Position numbers and translations under genes: made by a program | The notes under the pieces: model-generated | The model's database searches: none | What the model was told of the DNA's origin: nothing | What the model saw: the letters and a program-made list of their open reading frames with translations, nothing else | Source of the DNA: Tubulanus polymorphus | Lineage: Eukaryota > Animalia > Nemertea | NCBI RefSeq assembly: GCF_964204645.1 | Contig: NC_134025.1 | Location: 29,678,299-29,742,298, forward strand | Length of the DNA: 64,000 nucleotides | Direction: 5' to 3' | In this document: one piece after another, positions 63,961-64,000 of the stretch | How positions within the stretch are numbered: position 1 is the first letter of the stretch | Layout of the letters: each line of letters starts with the position of its first letter

Positions 63961-64000
63961 AGAACACACTTCCTAGAGATTTGAAAGGAACGCTCCTATT

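Overview
Intron-rich, AT-rich eukaryotic DNA, most likely from an invertebrate bilaterian (short GT-AG introns, a single Sp1-4-type gene, many MITEs, CTCF-like motifs). It is not prokaryotic: I saw no CRISPR array, rRNA or intact tRNA. By walking splice sites and reading frames by hand I reconstructed seven protein-coding genes. These are the last codons of an eIF4A-family helicase (probably EIF4A3, +), L2HGDH (-), an uncharacterised coiled-coil/CAP-Gly protein (+, head-to-head with L2HGDH), Sp1-4 (+), an uncharacterised two-TM protein (-), SRRM1/SRm160 (-) and a divergent RhoGAP (-). Introns and intergenic DNA carry several MITE families plus mini- and microsatellites. I found no clearly new multi-gene system. 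The best leads are regulatory: a hidden 25-nt micro-exon plus a YY1-marked internal exon in SRRM1 intron 3, clustering of the palindrome TAGGCCTA in 5' introns, CTCF-like motifs at promoters, a structured Pol III-like intronic element, alternative first or last exons in the two orphan genes, and a repeat patch with Academ-like ends abutting the SRRM1 start. All gene models are manual predictions without transcript evidence.
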